DNA of 64,000 nucleotides, taken from assembly GCA_963817955.1 (NCBI GenBank), contig CAWFQK010000001.1:352001-416000 (forward strand), given 5' to 3'. Origin of the DNA: an uncultured Gemmatimonadaceae bacterium (GTDB lineage Bacteria > Gemmatimonadota > Gemmatimonadetes > Gemmatimonadales > Gemmatimonadaceae). Under the pieces are notes generated by a model that searched no databases, had not been told where the DNA came from, and was given only the letters and a program-made list of their open reading frames with translations. Shown in pieces: positions 1 through 9,112 of this stretch. The stretch's first letter is position 1; each line of letters begins with the position of its first letter. Made by a program: the position numbers and the translations under genes.

Positions 1-2
1 AT

Positions 3-1196
3 CTCGCTTCAACGCTCGATGAGATTGCGAGAGGTGGTGCCGACGCGTTCTACAAAGGCGACATCGCCCGGCGAATGGTGAACGATCTGCACGCGCACGG
101 CAATGCGATGAAGCTCAGCGACATGGCACGGTACTTCGCCGCGGAGCGTGATCCGATCGCCGGGTCGTATCGGGGATACACCTTCTATTCGAGCGCGCCG
201 CCAGTATCGGGCGGCGCCGAGCTGTCGTCGAAGATGAGCCTCCTCGAGCAGTATCCGAGCCCCAAGCCGTACGCTGAAGACGCCGGAACGCTGCATGCCA
301 TGATCGCGGCCTGGCAGCTCGTGCCATCCACGCGCAACCGTATCGCCGATCCAAGCCTGTGGCCGGTCAACACCGAGCCATTCACCAACAAGGACACGGC
401 ACGCAGTCGGTGGCGCTGTTTCAACCCAGACAAGGCACTGAATCCAACCGCACTTCGCGGTGACACGCTGACCTGCGCGCAGGAAGGCAAGAAGACCGCG
501 AGCATCGAGATGTCGCGCGACCCCGAGTGCAGTGCCCACGGGTACGACGCCAATCAGGCCGCCTCGTGCCGGTCGGCTGGCACGACAGCGTTCGCGATCG
601 CCGACGCGGATGGCAACGTCGTCGCGGCGACGCAAACCCTCGGTACCTGGGGCGGCAATTTTTACGTGACGCCAGGACTAGGGTTTTTGTATAATGACAA
701 GCTGATGTCATACGGAACCGATCCGAACGCATATGGCGCGCGTCTGCCTTTCGCGCGCCATGGCAGCACGATCGCGCCGACGATCGTCTTCGAGGGCAGC
801 GGCCGCTCGCGGCATACCGTCGCGGCGATGGGAGCGGCAGGCAACTCCTGGATCACTTCGGCGGTCTACCAGACGCTCGAATCGATGCTCGATCAGCATC
901 TCGGCCCGCAAGCCGCGCTCGAGCAGCCACGCTTTCTCATTGGCGGCGGATCCTTCGGCGGTGGGCGAGGCGGCGCCGGCGCGACAACCGCGCCGCAAGG
1001 AGTCACCATCCAAATGGAGGACGGGTTCTCACCCGAAGTCATGAAGCGCCTCCAGGCCCTCGGCTACCGCACGCAGATAGTGTCTCTGCTCGGCGAGTTG
1101 CGCGAGGGTTATGGTGCCGCAGTGAAGATCGAGAACGGTCGCGTTACCGCTGGGGCGGATCCGAGGCGCGCGGGCGCGGCGGGCGCGATTCCCTGA
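3..1196 (+). CDS. ggt: Gamma-glutamyltransferase (Ntn hydrolase), 5'-truncated by the window edge
   Basis: The frame is open from base 3 (LASTLDEIARGGADAFYKGDIA). It has the autocleavage/nucleophile motif GTTAFAIADADGNVVAATQTLG, plus PGLGFLYND, GAAG and a C-terminal GADPRR. Confidence 0.9.
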   Translation, partial: LASTLDEIARGGADAFYKGDIARRMVNDLHAHGNAMKLSDMARYFAAERDPIAGSYRGYTFYSSAPPVSGGAELSSKMSLLEQYPSPKPYAEDAGTLHAMIAAWQLVPSTRNRIADPSLWPVNTEPFTNKDTARSRWRCFNPDKALNPTALRGDTLTCAQEGKKTASIEMSRDPECSAHGYDANQAASCRSAGTTAFAIADADGNVVAATQTLGTWGGNFYVTPGLGFLYNDKLMSYGTDPNAYGARLPFARHGSTIAPTIVFEGSGRSRHTVAAMGAAGNSWITSAVYQTLESMLDQHLGPQAALEQPRFLIGGGSFGGGRGGAGATTAPQGVTIQMEDGFSPEVMKRLQALGYRTQIVSLLGELREGYGAAVKIENGRVTAGADPRRAGAAGAIP

Positions 1197-1243
1197 GTTG
1201 TCCTTTGACGCGGACGTCTGAGTCTCACCGAGGTGACGCCCGC

Positions 1244-1259
1244 TGTGATTAACCTCACA
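1244..1259. promoter_or_regulatory. CRP/FNR-family-like operator TGTGA-N6-TCACA
   Basis: Exact TGTGATTAACCTCACA in the intergenic region, about 100 nt upstream of the lipoprotein gene at 1357. Confidence 0.5.
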
Positions 1260-1356
1260 GATCTACAGTTTATGGTTGGCCTGCGGCGTGCGATGTGCAC
1301 TCAGAGGTATTCGCGCGCGCGCGCGCTCGAAACCGAATCCGCCCCAGGGAGGTCAC

Positions 1357-1986
1357 GTGCGCAGGATCATTCAATGGACGCTGATTCCGGCCGCAATGGT
1401 TGCCGTCGGTTGTAGCAAGGGGCACAGCCGCGCTCCGACGGCCATGGCCGATGATCTGAAGCGTGACCTCCAGCTCGCATCGACAACACAGAATATTCAA
1501 ATCAGCCCGGACGAAGTGGCGCCACAGAGCAAACAAGAACTCGCGGTCCGGCCGAAGCGCGCGCCGAACGGCCACAAAGTGATTCGAACCGAACACCCGA
1601 CGATCAAGGCGTCGGCAAAGCCGGCGGAAGTTGCCGAGATCAAGACCAACGTGCCTCAGGTCGAAGTGATGGCCTCGTCGCCTGCACCTTCCGAGACACC
1701 GACCCCCGATGCTCCACCGATGGCGCGTCCGGCACCAATGCCAACGCAGGGCTCACCAGGCGCGCAGCCCGTTCCCCGCAACGGCGGTGACGGAGGAATC
1801 GGCTCGGTACTTGGCGGCATTTTCGGAGGGGTGATTCGAGGCGGGGTAATGGGCGGTGACGATCATTGCGATCCGCGCGGTGGTCGGCGCGGCGGTCGGC
1901 CGATTGGCGGGGACATCATGGGCGGTATGGGGGGAGTGTACGGGCGCCCTGGCGGTATGGGCGGGCGCTTCCCGATCATTCGGTGA
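1357..1986 (+). CDS. Hypothetical lipoprotein with Pro-rich linker and Gly-rich C-terminus
   Basis: GGAGG RBS then GTG at 1357. Signal peptide with lipobox (MRRIIQWTLIPAAMVAVG-C). Followed by a terminator. Confidence 0.75.
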   Translation: MRRIIQWTLIPAAMVAVGCSKGHSRAPTAMADDLKRDLQLASTTQNIQISPDEVAPQSKQELAVRPKRAPNGHKVIRTEHPTIKASAKPAEVAEIKTNVPQVEVMASSPAPSETPTPDAPPMARPAPMPTQGSPGAQPVPRNGGDGGIGSVLGGIFGGVIRGGVMGGDDHCDPRGGRRGGRPIGGDIMGGMGGVYGRPGGMGGRFPIIR

Positions 1987-2028
1987 ACCGGTCCCCACGA
2001 TAGCCTGACCAGGCATCAATGGGGTGGT

Positions 2029-2068
2029 GCGGCGCTGTCCGGCTTCGGTCGGACAGCGCCGCTTTCGT
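2029..2068 (+). terminator. Intrinsic terminator hairpin with C-UUCG-G tetraloop
   Basis: GCGGCGCTGTCCGGC-TTCG-GTCGGACAGCGCCGC followed by TTTCGT. Confidence 0.75.
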
Positions 2069-2114
2069 TACACAAGGGTCCCGCTCTTGCCCACTCTCCG
2101 CGCAGGAGGAACCC

Positions 2115-2585
2115 ATGGCCGCTCACGAAAGCAGTTTCGACCGAGAATGGATTCAGGAGACCGGCGCATCAACCGGCGATGCAAGAGAGAATCAACCCAC
2201 CGATGCCGGCTACACCGCGGAAGACCGCGTCTTCCGATCGCATTTTCAGCGTGTGAACCGGCTGGTTGACATCTCATATGAGCAGATGCGGCCAGCGTAC
2301 GAACTCGGCCGTTCCGCCGCAGCTCAGCAGCAGTTCTCGGGAAGCGCCTTCGACGAGATCGAGAAGGATCTCGAGAATGGGTGGCTCAGCGTGCGGGTCG
2401 GCGACGGCGACTGGGCCTCGGTGAAGGAGTTCGTGCAAGTCGGCTTCGATGCGGCCCGGCAAGGACGCGTAGAAGGTTTGCCCCCCGCAGGCACAACACC
2501 TTCGCACGACCGACCGAGCTTCGCCGATCCACTCGCAGGGAAGATGGATCCGACCGATCCAAGCGCGCCCGAATACACCGTCTGA
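2115..2585 (+). CDS. Hypothetical acidic protein
   Basis: AGGAGG RBS then ATG at 2115 (MAAHESSF...). Globular-looking core YEQMRPAYELG...FDEIEKDLENGW. Confidence 0.7.
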   Translation: MAAHESSFDREWIQETGASTGDARENQPTDAGYTAEDRVFRSHFQRVNRLVDISYEQMRPAYELGRSAAAQQQFSGSAFDEIEKDLENGWLSVRVGDGDWASVKEFVQVGFDAARQGRVEGLPPAGTTPSHDRPSFADPLAGKMDPTDPSAPEYTV

Positions 2586-2609
2586 TTCCGATCACTCCGC
2601 GCCGGCTGA

Positions 2610-3308
2610 TCAGCTCGAGCGGATATACGTGCAGCCAGCCTCTTGCGCGCGGTGCACCGCGTAGACGCCGGTGGGCTGCATGATCACGCCGGGAACCAGA
2701 TTCGCCGCGAGTTCGTCGTACACTGTGCTCGAGATCTGCTTGGTATTCTGTGCGATCGTGCCAGCCATGCCGTGCATCGCGAGATCACAGCCGAGCAGAA
2801 AGTGTCCGTGAGTAGCGAGCCAGGTCAGGGTGGCTTGTGGGCGGTCCGCCGATGACGCAAACGGGTTGCGCGTCGCCCACTTCTTGGTCGAGTAATCCTT
2901 GACCTTCGATTCTTTCCCCAATTCATACTTCGCCCAGATCGTGTCGTTGAACGCCATCGAGATCGCGGCGTGCCGAATTACCACAACGGCTTGCACATCG
3001 CTCGGGGGTACCGCGAGGGCGTCACGCATGCCTCGGAGGTACGATGCTGCCTGCGCAACAGCGATTCCGTCCTCGATTTCTGGAGAGTCGAACACGGCTT
3101 TGTGCTTCGCCGTGAGACGTGAGAACCAGGAGTCATCCCAGTGTGTTGGCGCCGGCGGAGATGCCGGGGCAACCGCAGGACGCGGCGCCGAAGTCTGGCC
3201 GACGGTTGTTGGCGTGGCGCATGCCGTTCCCGCGAGTACAATCGCCGAGGCCGCGACCTGACCAAGGAATTCACGCCGCGGCGTTGGGCGGCTTGAGGGA
3301 GGAGTCAC
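2610..3308 (-). CDS. Tat-exported (lipo)protein, DsrE-like fold
   Basis: Twin-arginine signal RREFL with LAGTAC lipobox. Motifs HKAVFD, VVVIRH, LLGCDLA and VPGV...AQEAGCTY resemble Tat-secreted DsrE-like proteins. Confidence 0.7.
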   Translation of the reverse strand: MTPPSSRPTPRREFLGQVAASAIVLAGTACATPTTVGQTSAPRPAVAPASPPAPTHWDDSWFSRLTAKHKAVFDSPEIEDGIAVAQAASYLRGMRDALAVPPSDVQAVVVIRHAAISMAFNDTIWAKYELGKESKVKDYSTKKWATRNPFASSADRPQATLTWLATHGHFLLGCDLAMHGMAGTIAQNTKQISSTVYDELAANLVPGVIMQPTGVYAVHRAQEAGCTYIRSS

Positions 3309-3381
3309 AGATCGAAGGAGTGAGGGGGGGTCTGATCAAGAATACATTTTGGAACACACTTCGCCACCTTGAACCTGCGCC

Positions 3382-4407
3382 GTGTCCAGACAGCCGACTG
3401 CCGTGATGCCCGCCGCTGCACACCACCGTTCCGATGGCGGATTTCGAAATCCTTGGCCCGGAACCGAGCCGCACGGTTTCAAAGACTTCCTCCGTTGGCG
3501 CTTTGGAGAACGCCGGGCGGTGCAGGTGGCGCCGAACCCGCCATTCGGGTCGTTGCCCACCCGATCGCCGACGATCATCGCACCGCGTGCGGTTCGCCGG
3601 TACCAGTCTGCGACGTGGGTGGGACACTCGACGGTGCTGCTGCAGATCGGTGCGCTCAACGTACTCACCGATCCCATCTGGAGTGAGCGCGCATCGCCGG
3701 TCCAGTGGGCTGGTCCGCGGCGCGTGATGCCTCCTGGGGTGGCCTTTGATGCGTTGCCGGAAATAGACGTCGTCCTGCTGTCGCACAACCACTACGATCA
3801 TCTCGACGCGCACACCGTTCGCCGGATCGTGCATCGTTTCTCCAACGCCAGCTGGCTGTGTCCCATGCGCCTCGGGGGTCTTCTGCGATCATTCGGCGTG
3901 AGGCATCCGGTCGAACGCGATTGGTGGGAAACCGTGGAAGCGCCGATGTTCAAGGCCATGTGTACGCCGGCGCAGCACTTCAGCGCGCGCGGACTGGGGG
4001 ATCGGGGCGAAACCCTGTGGTGCGGATGGACAATCGAATCGGACGGCATGCGGGTGTACTTCGCTGGCGACACGGCCCTTCACCCCGAGTTTCCGGCTAT
4101 CGCGTCAGCAGCGGGACCGTTCGATCTGGTCATGCTTCCGATCGGCGCCTACGATCCCCGCTGGTTCATGCAAAGCGTACACATGAGTCCCGAAGACGCA
4201 GTGGTCGCGTATCAGGCGCTTACCAAAGGCACAGGACACGTGCCTCCCTGCCTTGGGCTGCACTGGGGCACCTTTCGTCTCACTGACGAACCGGTGGACG
4301 AGCCGCCGCGACGATTCGCCGACGCCTGGCGCGCGGCCGGGTTGCCGGAGCACGCGAACTGGACGCTCGCACACGGTGAGACACGCCGTTTGTTAGCGAA
4401 CGTGTAA
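3382..4407 (+). CDS. MBL-fold metallo-hydrolase (NAPE-PLD/RomA-like)
   Basis: WVGHST, LTDPIWS, SHNHYDHLD (HxHxDH), PAQHFS, YFAGDT, PIGAY and HWGTF motifs. Confidence 0.9.
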   Translation: MSRQPTAVMPAAAHHRSDGGFRNPWPGTEPHGFKDFLRWRFGERRAVQVAPNPPFGSLPTRSPTIIAPRAVRRYQSATWVGHSTVLLQIGALNVLTDPIWSERASPVQWAGPRRVMPPGVAFDALPEIDVVLLSHNHYDHLDAHTVRRIVHRFSNASWLCPMRLGGLLRSFGVRHPVERDWWETVEAPMFKAMCTPAQHFSARGLGDRGETLWCGWTIESDGMRVYFAGDTALHPEFPAIASAAGPFDLVMLPIGAYDPRWFMQSVHMSPEDAVVAYQALTKGTGHVPPCLGLHWGTFRLTDEPVDEPPRRFADAWRAAGLPEHANWTLAHGETRRLLANV

Positions 4408-5280
4408 GCGCCGCCCCACGGCTTGCGCGAACCGCGTGGCCCCGGCATCGGAAAAGTTGAAGAATAGATTCGGTTCGATGAGTTCCAGCTCCATGAGCAG
4501 AAACGCATCGCCCCGAGCGACGCCGTCGATTCGTGCGTACAGTGGCACCTCGGGCAGCGCGCGCAGAACAATCGCCGCTTGATCGAGCAATGTTTGTGGC
4601 GCCGTAATCGCCTCGACGGATCCACCGTGTTCCGCCTGTACACGAAATTCGCCGCTCGACGCGCGCTTGAGCGTCGCATGGCTGAACGCACCGTCGATGA
4701 AGACGAGCGAATACTCCCCGTGCTGTGGCACTTCATCGGCGAACGGCTGTAGAAGGACGTCGGCGATCGACGTCACGCGCTCAACAACGTGCCGGTCGTG
4801 AGCGTCGAGCGGCACACGCAACGCGTGGGTTTCGTACCCACTAGCCGACACCGCGGGTTTCATCACGAACCGCTGCCATCCTTCGGCGAGGGCGATGGAC
4901 TCGACGTCGGCCCCATTCCCCTGCGACACCACCACGGTTGGGATCGTCGCGATTCCCCGCTGCGACAGATCGAGCAGATAGCGTTTGTCGGCGTTCCAGC
5001 GCACCAGCGCGGCAGAATTCATCACGGGAACGCGAGCCGTTTGCAGACGGGCGAGCCACCGCTGAAACTCCCCGGCACGCAGATGATAATCCCAGCAGGA
5101 GCGAATGATGACGGCGTCGTATGTCTCCCATGGGACGTCCTCGCTCGTCCACACCGCGGCGTCGGCAGTAATGCCCTGTTCGGCGAGTGCCGGTACGACG
5201 CTGCGATCGTCCGGTGCGAGCTCGGGCGCGCGGGAGTACGTCGCGAGCGCGACACGGCGAGGCGTGGTCACTGGCGACAC
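4393..5280 (-). CDS. RimK/glutathione-synthetase-like ATP-grasp protein
   Basis: IRSCWDY, WNADKRYL, VMKPAVS, LLQPF, FRVQ.EHGG, YARID and MELELIEP motifs. Confidence 0.85.
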   Translation of the reverse strand: MSPVTTPRRVALATYSRAPELAPDDRSVVPALAEQGITADAAVWTSEDVPWETYDAVIIRSCWDYHLRAGEFQRWLARLQTARVPVMNSAALVRWNADKRYLLDLSQRGIATIPTVVVSQGNGADVESIALAEGWQRFVMKPAVSASGYETHALRVPLDAHDRHVVERVTSIADVLLQPFADEVPQHGEYSLVFIDGAFSHATLKRASSGEFRVQAEHGGSVEAITAPQTLLDQAAIVLRALPEVPLYARIDGVARGDAFLLMELELIEPNLFFNFSDAGATRFAQAVGRRLHVR

Positions 5281-6482
5281 GGGACGTGCGGGTTCGTCGG
5301 GCGCGCTGAGTCCCGGCGGGGCGCGTGATCGGCATTCGCGACGAACAGCGCCGCGTCGAATACCATTTGCGTGAGCCTCGCATAGTCTGGATAGTCGATG
5401 TACTGCGCCTCGTCCGTCACCTGGTGGTAATCCATGTGCGACCCCCGCGAGAGCGACACGCTTGGAATGCCGTACCGAGCGTAGTTGTAGTGATCGGCGC
5501 GACAGTAGTACTGCTCCGGATGCCCCGGTGCATCGAATTCGTAGTTGAATACGAACGGCAGTGGCTCCTTGGCGTTTACTGACTCAAACCAGTCGCCGAA
5601 TTCCTTCGACAGGCGCCGGAGCCCCACGACTTCGAGATATTTCGGTCCGCCAGCCGCAATATCGCGCGCCGCACCGCGACCGATCATATCGACGTCAATC
5701 TCGGCGACGATGGAATCCAGTGGCACCGTAGGATGGTCGGTGTACCACGCTGAGCCGAGCAATCCAGCCTCCTCGGCGGTATGCGATACGAGGAGAATCG
5801 ACCGCCGCGGCCTCACGGTGCCTGTACCGAATGCCTCCGCGATTTCGATGAGCGCAACGGTGCCACTGCCGTCGTCGTCAGCGCCATTGTAGATGGAATC
5901 TGGCCGAGGCTCGTGCACCTTACGAAGACTGTCGAGAATCGATCGAATCTGATCCTCTTCCGCTCCCGACGGCGTACGCGGCCGGCTGTCGGCACCGAGC
6001 GGGCGAACGACCGTGTTGTAGGCGCGCAGAGAATCATGATCGACGGGCCGGTGGTTGTAACCGATGTGATCGTTGTGTGCGGTAATCGCCACGTATTCTC
6101 CGCGACGCGCAGAGTCAGTACCGGGAACGATTGCAATGACATTCCGGGCCAGGCCCCGTCGCGCTGTCGTGTCCTGAACCAGGATGTTCGGAACGGTCTG
6201 GAAGTAGGTGCCATGCTCTCCCGCCGGCCGCAGCCCAAGTCGCTGGAATTGCGCGGCGACGTACGCGGTGGCTTCTTCATTCCAGTACGTGCCGGCTTGT
6301 CGGCCCATCATCGAATCGGCGGCGAACGCCTGCAGCCGTTCCCGCAAGTCGCCCGGCGTAATGGCGGTCGAGGTCCCAGCGACCGAGCTTACCGAGACGC
6401 GAACGCACGAGGCCGCAACGCAGGCGACCGCGACCAATCTGGTCGATCGAATGAGGCGCATGGCAGATTCAGGAGATGACAA
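5268..6482 (-). CDS. M28 family peptidase (secreted or lipoprotein)
   Basis: AHNDH, NGADDDGSG, AEEAGLLGS, DMIGR, RADHYNY and DYHQVTD motifs. Hydrophobic N-terminus; the start may be the ATG about 7 codons downstream. Confidence 0.9.
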   Translation of the reverse strand: MSSPESAMRLIRSTRLVAVACVAASCVRVSVSSVAGTSTAITPGDLRERLQAFAADSMMGRQAGTYWNEEATAYVAAQFQRLGLRPAGEHGTYFQTVPNILVQDTTARRGLARNVIAIVPGTDSARRGEYVAITAHNDHIGYNHRPVDHDSLRAYNTVVRPLGADSRPRTPSGAEEDQIRSILDSLRKVHEPRPDSIYNGADDDGSGTVALIEIAEAFGTGTVRPRRSILLVSHTAEEAGLLGSAWYTDHPTVPLDSIVAEIDVDMIGRGAARDIAAGGPKYLEVVGLRRLSKEFGDWFESVNAKEPLPFVFNYEFDAPGHPEQYYCRADHYNYARYGIPSVSLSRGSHMDYHQVTDEAQYIDYPDYARLTQMVFDAALFVANADHAPRRDSARPTNPHVPCRQ

Positions 6483-6543
6483 CGCAAGATCAAAGCTGAC
6501 GTTGTGGCGCGCTACTCAGTTGCACGAGATCCTGGGGGGTCCA

Positions 6544-6963
6544 ATGAAGAGACATCGCACACTTGCGGCCATTGCCGGTGTCATGGGATTCGCAATCGTG
6601 GCATTCGCCTGTCCCACGGCCGCCCCTGACCGTTTGCCAAACGGCATCTGGGGTGGCGAGCACATTGGCATGGTCGTCGCCGACACGGGCGCGACCATCG
6701 AGTACGATTGTGCGAGCGGGTCAATCGATGAGCCTCTCCGCCTGGACGCATCGGGCAATTTCATCTGGCACGGTGTCCATCACATAGGCCATGGCGGCCC
6801 CGTTCGCATTGACGAGCCGCCGAACAACCATGCGGCGCGGTATACCGGTCACGCGTCGGCTACGAAGATGACCATGACCCTGACGCTCACCGACACGACC
6901 TATCCGGCGCAGACCTTCACGCTATCGCGCGGAGGGACGCCCTACGTCTTTCGTTGCCTGTAG
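6544..6963 (+). CDS. Hypothetical secreted/lipoprotein, beta-rich
   Basis: ATG at 6544 after GGGGG. Signal MKRHRTLAAIAGVMGFAIVAFAC; WGGEHI...EYDCA core. Confidence 0.7.
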   Translation: MKRHRTLAAIAGVMGFAIVAFACPTAAPDRLPNGIWGGEHIGMVVADTGATIEYDCASGSIDEPLRLDASGNFIWHGVHHIGHGGPVRIDEPPNNHAARYTGHASATKMTMTLTLTDTTYPAQTFTLSRGGTPYVFRCL

Positions 6964-7157
6964 CAGCTGTGCCCGCGAGGCGGTCGACATACGGAATGTG
7001 TATACGAGTACCGGCATACCATTACCGTAGACGCCCGATTCTTGCTTGTGCTCCCTCACATAAGGGCCGCATAATGAAAAATTGACGAAATTCCCGGCAT
7101 CTGCCCAGGATTTACCCTTTCGCGTTTCCCGATATCTACTAAGATTAAAGCGCTCTA

Positions 7158-7499
7158 ATGTCTTCGTCACCTAGAACTTTCCATCTTTCCCAACGGACCG
7201 TGGCACGATCTATCTCCAAGAGCAGCCCGAAACGGGCGAGCACTGAGTCGGTCATCCCCAAGAACGTTCTCGCGAAGGAAATCGCGAAAATTCTCGAGGA
7301 TCAGGACCTGACCCAGACCGAAGCCGCGTACATCATGCGTGACGCACCGTCACAGATCTCCCTAGTGGTTACAGGGAAGCTGCGCGGATTCTCAACCGAG
7401 CGCCTGCTGCGCATGCTGGCCCGCCTCGGACGCGACATCGACATCACCATCCGTCCGTCCAAGGGCAAGCAAGGGAAGGTCAGCGTAATCAGAAAGTAG
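7158..7499 (+). CDS. XRE-family helix-turn-helix protein (HigA-like, HTH_37 type)
   Basis: LTQTEAA...SQIS...GKLRGFSTERLLRMLARLGRDIDITI. Alternative GTG start at 7200. Confidence 0.8.
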   Translation: MSSSPRTFHLSQRTVARSISKSSPKRASTESVIPKNVLAKEIAKILEDQDLTQTEAAYIMRDAPSQISLVVTGKLRGFSTERLLRMLARLGRDIDITIRPSKGKQGKVSVIRK

Positions 7500-7520
7500 G
7501 CGCCGAGGCTGATTGACAGG

Positions 7521-7556
7521 GCAACGACGGCGCCGAGCATTCGGTGCCGTCGTTGT
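7521..7556. terminator. Hairpin between convergent genes (probable bidirectional terminator)
   Basis: GCAACGACGGCGCCGA-GCAT-TCGGTGCCGTCGTTGT. Confidence 0.7.
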
Positions 7557-7596
7557 TGGCGTGTCTACTCGATTCCAGAATCCGCCGGTTCCGGCC

Positions 7597-8847
7597 TTAC
7601 TCGTGGTGTATGGCGTCGATTGGCGAGAGTTTCGCCGCCCGCATCGCCGGATAGAGGCCGAACGACAGGCCAACAGCAACCGACGCGCCTATCGCCACGA
7701 GCACGGTGCTCACCGAGAGCCAGGCCTGGACCGGCGTGTTTGACATGTGCCGCATGATCGCTGTAATGGCGAACGCTGCCCCGGCACCGATCAACAACCC
7801 GATCAGACTTCCCACACTGGTGATCGCCACCGACTCGCAAAGGAATTGCCACAAGATGTGCCGCTGCGCCGCACCGACTGCCTTGCGAATACCGATCTCG
7901 CGCGTGCGTTCGATCACGGAGCTTAGCAGCACGTTCATGATGCCGATGCCGCCAACGATCAGCGAGATGCTCATCAGCGCTCCCATGAACAGTTTGAACA
8001 GCAGTAGCGCCTTGCTGACCTGATCGAGCCTCGCCTCGTCCGACACGACCGTCACACGATCCTTCCAGCCAGGGCCGAACTGCTTCGTCGCCCAGCTTTC
8101 GACGTGCGAGCGCGTCACGGCAACACCTTCTACCGTCTTGGCCGTCGCCGTCAGTATCGACGGTCGATCGAACGGTCCGACGATGACCGCCCCAGCGATG
8201 GCACTGATCGGCATGATCGCTCGACGCGCAGTTTCCGTTTCTTCGGCCTTGAGGACGCCAATGATCTGCCGGGGCTGGCCCTGAAAGAGCAAGGTGTCCC
8301 CGATGACGTCGCGCGGCGTACGGCCATGAGCGACATCATTTGCCAGCTTGTACGACACAACCACCACAGGCGCGCCGCTCGCCGCCTCGGCGGCCGTGAA
8401 GACGCGCCCGCCCAAAAGCGTGGAATCCACCATCGATGGTTCAGGCGCGAGCAACCCCATCACGTGTGCGGCGTGTGGCGTGGTGTCGGCTCGGGTCGTG
8501 ACGAGCGCCGTGCCGTTCTCCGTCATGTTGACCGACCCGTATTCGCTCACGGCTGCACGGAGAGAGTTGGCCTCAACGAGTGTGAGCTTGACGGGATTGG
8601 GTTCCGCGATCGGTGTGCCGTCGATGATTCGAAACAGGCGCGGGGTTACCGCAATTCGTTGCAAGTCGGTCGTCTTGCCGATCTGTTCATGCGCCAGCCG
8701 TTGCATGCCGTCGCCGACAGAGAGCACCGCGACCAACGCCGCTACCCCGATGACGATGCCGAGCGTGGAAAGGACCGTCCGCAGCGGATTGGCGCGAAGC
8801 GTGTCGAACCCGATGGAGATGGAGGTGGTCAGAATGGGATTGGTCAT
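7597..8847 (-). CDS. ABC transporter permease, MacB/FtsX family
   Basis: LRANPLRTVLSTLGIVIGVAALV, GGIGIMNVLL, ERTREIGIRKAVGA and PAMRAAKLSPIDAI. Start taken at ATG 8847. Confidence 0.9.
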   Translation of the reverse strand: MTNPILTTSISIGFDTLRANPLRTVLSTLGIVIGVAALVAVLSVGDGMQRLAHEQIGKTTDLQRIAVTPRLFRIIDGTPIAEPNPVKLTLVEANSLRAAVSEYGSVNMTENGTALVTTRADTTPHAAHVMGLLAPEPSMVDSTLLGGRVFTAAEAASGAPVVVVSYKLANDVAHGRTPRDVIGDTLLFQGQPRQIIGVLKAEETETARRAIMPISAIAGAVIVGPFDRPSILTATAKTVEGVAVTRSHVESWATKQFGPGWKDRVTVVSDEARLDQVSKALLLFKLFMGALMSISLIVGGIGIMNVLLSSVIERTREIGIRKAVGAAQRHILWQFLCESVAITSVGSLIGLLIGAGAAFAITAIMRHMSNTPVQAWLSVSTVLVAIGASVAVGLSFGLYPAMRAAKLSPIDAIHHE

Positions 8848-8952
8848 GAGGCTGCGTACGAGCCAAGAGAGTGGGCGGTTCCAACGGGACGCAAAATCTG
8901 TTTCGAAGGGAGTTTCATGGAAACTCCGGCAGGCTTGCGTCGTCGAGAAGGT

Positions 8953-9111
8953 ATGAGAAAAATCCTCGCTTTCGTTGGCGCCACCATCGGCGGGTACATC
9001 GGATGGTGGCTCGGCAATTTCGCCGGGTTCATGACGGCATTCATCCTGAGCACCATCGGGTCCGGCGTCGGGATGTACTACGCCTACCGGGCCGCGCAGC
9101 ACTACGAGTGA
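8953..9111 (+). CDS. Small 52-aa two-TM membrane protein
   Basis: GAAGG then ATG. MRKILAFVGATIGGYIGWWLG...FILSTIGSGVGMYYAY. Fills the gap between two minus-strand genes. Confidence 0.7.
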   Translation: MRKILAFVGATIGGYIGWWLGNFAGFMTAFILSTIGSGVGMYYAYRAAQHYE

Positions 9112-9112
9112 T

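Noticed and set aside
6922..7170. 82-aa minus-strand ORF as a toxin partner of the HTH gene
   Set aside because: It is in the wrong orientation, has no RelE/HigB features and shows atypical composition.
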